Assembly (NCBI RefSeq): GCF_004010195.1
Contig: NC_057711.1
Coordinates: forward strand, 72,567,175 to 72,630,861
From: Chiloscyllium plagiosum
Lineage: Eukaryota
DNA length: 63,687 nt
Reading direction: 5' to 3'
A program made the translations under genes and the position numbers. Positions 62,443 through 63,687 of this stretch are shown here, piece by piece. The notes beneath the pieces were generated by a model. It did no database searches. It had not been told where the DNA came from and saw nothing but the letters and a program-made list of their open reading frames with translations. The first letter of the stretch is position 1, and each line of letters opens with the position of its first letter.

Positions 62443-63150
62443 AGAGTCATAGAGATCTGTCGTACAGAAAAGGGTTCTTTGGTTTGACCTATCTGCACTG
62501 GTTAAAAACAATTACTTATCTACAGAGGAACCTCGATTATCTGAATTTCGGATTATCCGAACAAGATCACAAGGTACCAATGCTTGGCTAAAATGTGTTA
62601 TCCGGCATTCGATTATCTGGCATTCAATTATCAGAACAAATACTCCCCGCCCATGTCGTTTAGATAATTGAGGTTCCTCTATATTCTGATCCTAATTTCC
62701 AGCCCTTGGCCTTGTATACCCTGGCATTGCAAGTGCACATCCATATACTTCTTAAATGTAAAGAGGTTTCCACCTCTACTGCCCTTTCAGATAATGAGTT
62801 TCAGATTCCCCCACCTTCTGGTTGAAAAAGTTCTTTTCTTATCATCTTGAAATCTTCTGCTTCTTACCTTAAATCTACATTCTTGGTCATTGCTCTCTTT
62901 ATCAAGAAGAAAGCTTTCTTCCTGTCTCTCCTATCTCTGACCCCCATAATTTTATGTATCTCAGTCATGTCCCTCTGTGTCCCCGCTGCTCTAAGGAAAA
63001 TAATTCCAGTTTGTCCAATCTCTCTTCTTCACTGAAATTCTCCAGTCCAGGCAACATCCTCTGCACTTACTCCACAGCTGTCACATCCCCTTATAATGTG
63101 GATTCCAGAATAGCATATAATACTCTAGCTGTGACTTAACCAACATTTTA
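62443..63150 (-). mobile_element. Old CR1 3' fragment
   Basis: agagtcatagag tail and antisense ORF2 C-terminus (ccaggcaacatcct, tctaaggaaaataa). Confidence 0.75.
62523..62681. mobile_element. pogo/Tigger-like (Tc1/mariner) MITE
   Basis: 23-bp TIRs cagaggaacctcgattatctgaa / tttagataattgaggttcctcta (3 mismatches), TA dinucleotide on both sides, internal repeats of gattatc. Confidence 0.88.
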
Positions 63151-63152
63151 TA

Positions 63153-63687
63153 CAGATTCTGGATCAATGGTGCTGGAAGAGCACAGCAGTTCAGGCAGCA
63201 TTGAGGAGCTTCAGCAAAATCGACGTTTCGGGCAAAAGCCCTTCATCAGGAATAAAGGCAGAGAGCCTGAAGCGTGGAGAAGGATGGTCACCCGAAGGTC
63301 CGAGATCGACTGTCCCGGATTGTTGAAGTGTTCTCTGACTTGGAAGGAACACTCCTGTCTGTTGATTGTTGTGTGGTGTCGATTCATCTGTTGCCATAGC
63401 CTCTGCTTGGTCTTGCCAATGTACCATGCCTCAGGGCATCCTTGCCTGTAGCGTATGAGATAGACAATATTGGCAGAGTCACATGAGTACCTGCCACGTA
63501 CATGGTGGGCAGTGTCCCCACATGTCGACACTCTGATACGTCTTGCAGCATTTGCCATGACAGGGTTGTATGATGTTGTCCTGAGAGCCGGGAAGTTTGC
63601 TGCGAACAATGATCTGTTTGTGGTTTGGCGGTTGTTTAAAGGTGAGAAGTGGAGGCGTGGGGAAGGTCTTGGTGAGGTGCTTATCCT
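63153..63687 (-). mobile_element. PLE GIY-YIG fragment fused to a family 1 terminus; runs off the window
   Basis: ORF 63211..63609 YSCDSANIVYLIRYRQGCPEAWYIGKTKQRL..REHFN. Confidence 0.92.
63218..63253 (-). ncRNA. Minimal hammerhead motif (PLE family 1), intact
   Basis: attc-CTGATGA-A-GGGC-tttt-GCCC-GAA-ACGT-C|gatt. Confidence 0.8.

Overview
Eukaryotic, repeat-dense, apparently intronic or intergenic DNA from a cartilaginous fish. HE1-type SINEs point to an elasmobranch shark or ray; the exact species cannot be fixed from the sequence. There is no intact, recognisable host protein-coding gene and no rRNA, tRNA or CRISPR. Nearly all long ORFs are decayed transposon fragments. The window holds several CR1 LINEs (two near full length, with a zinc-finger/SGNH-esterase ORF1 and an APE-RT ORF2), a 5'-truncated Tx1-like L1 with a 16-bp TSD, fossil two-gene PIF/Harbinger transposons, HE1, Deu-type and other tRNA-derived SINEs, a pogo/Tigger MITE, a 33-bp minisatellite and a 500-N gap. 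The most striking signal is about 18 Penelope-like (PLE) pieces from at least 3-4 families. Their ends carry minimal hammerhead-ribozyme motifs (CUGANGA-stem II-GAAA-palindromic stem III). Many are tiny TSD-flanked fold-back insertions with a fixed ~36-40-nt unpaired tail. One of them has captured a ~170-bp, ~98% identical inverted copy of DNA lying 2.7 kb away. A long AT-rich hairpin and a few candidate exons or conserved non-coding elements remain unexplained. Boundaries of old repeats are approximate and were read by eye.
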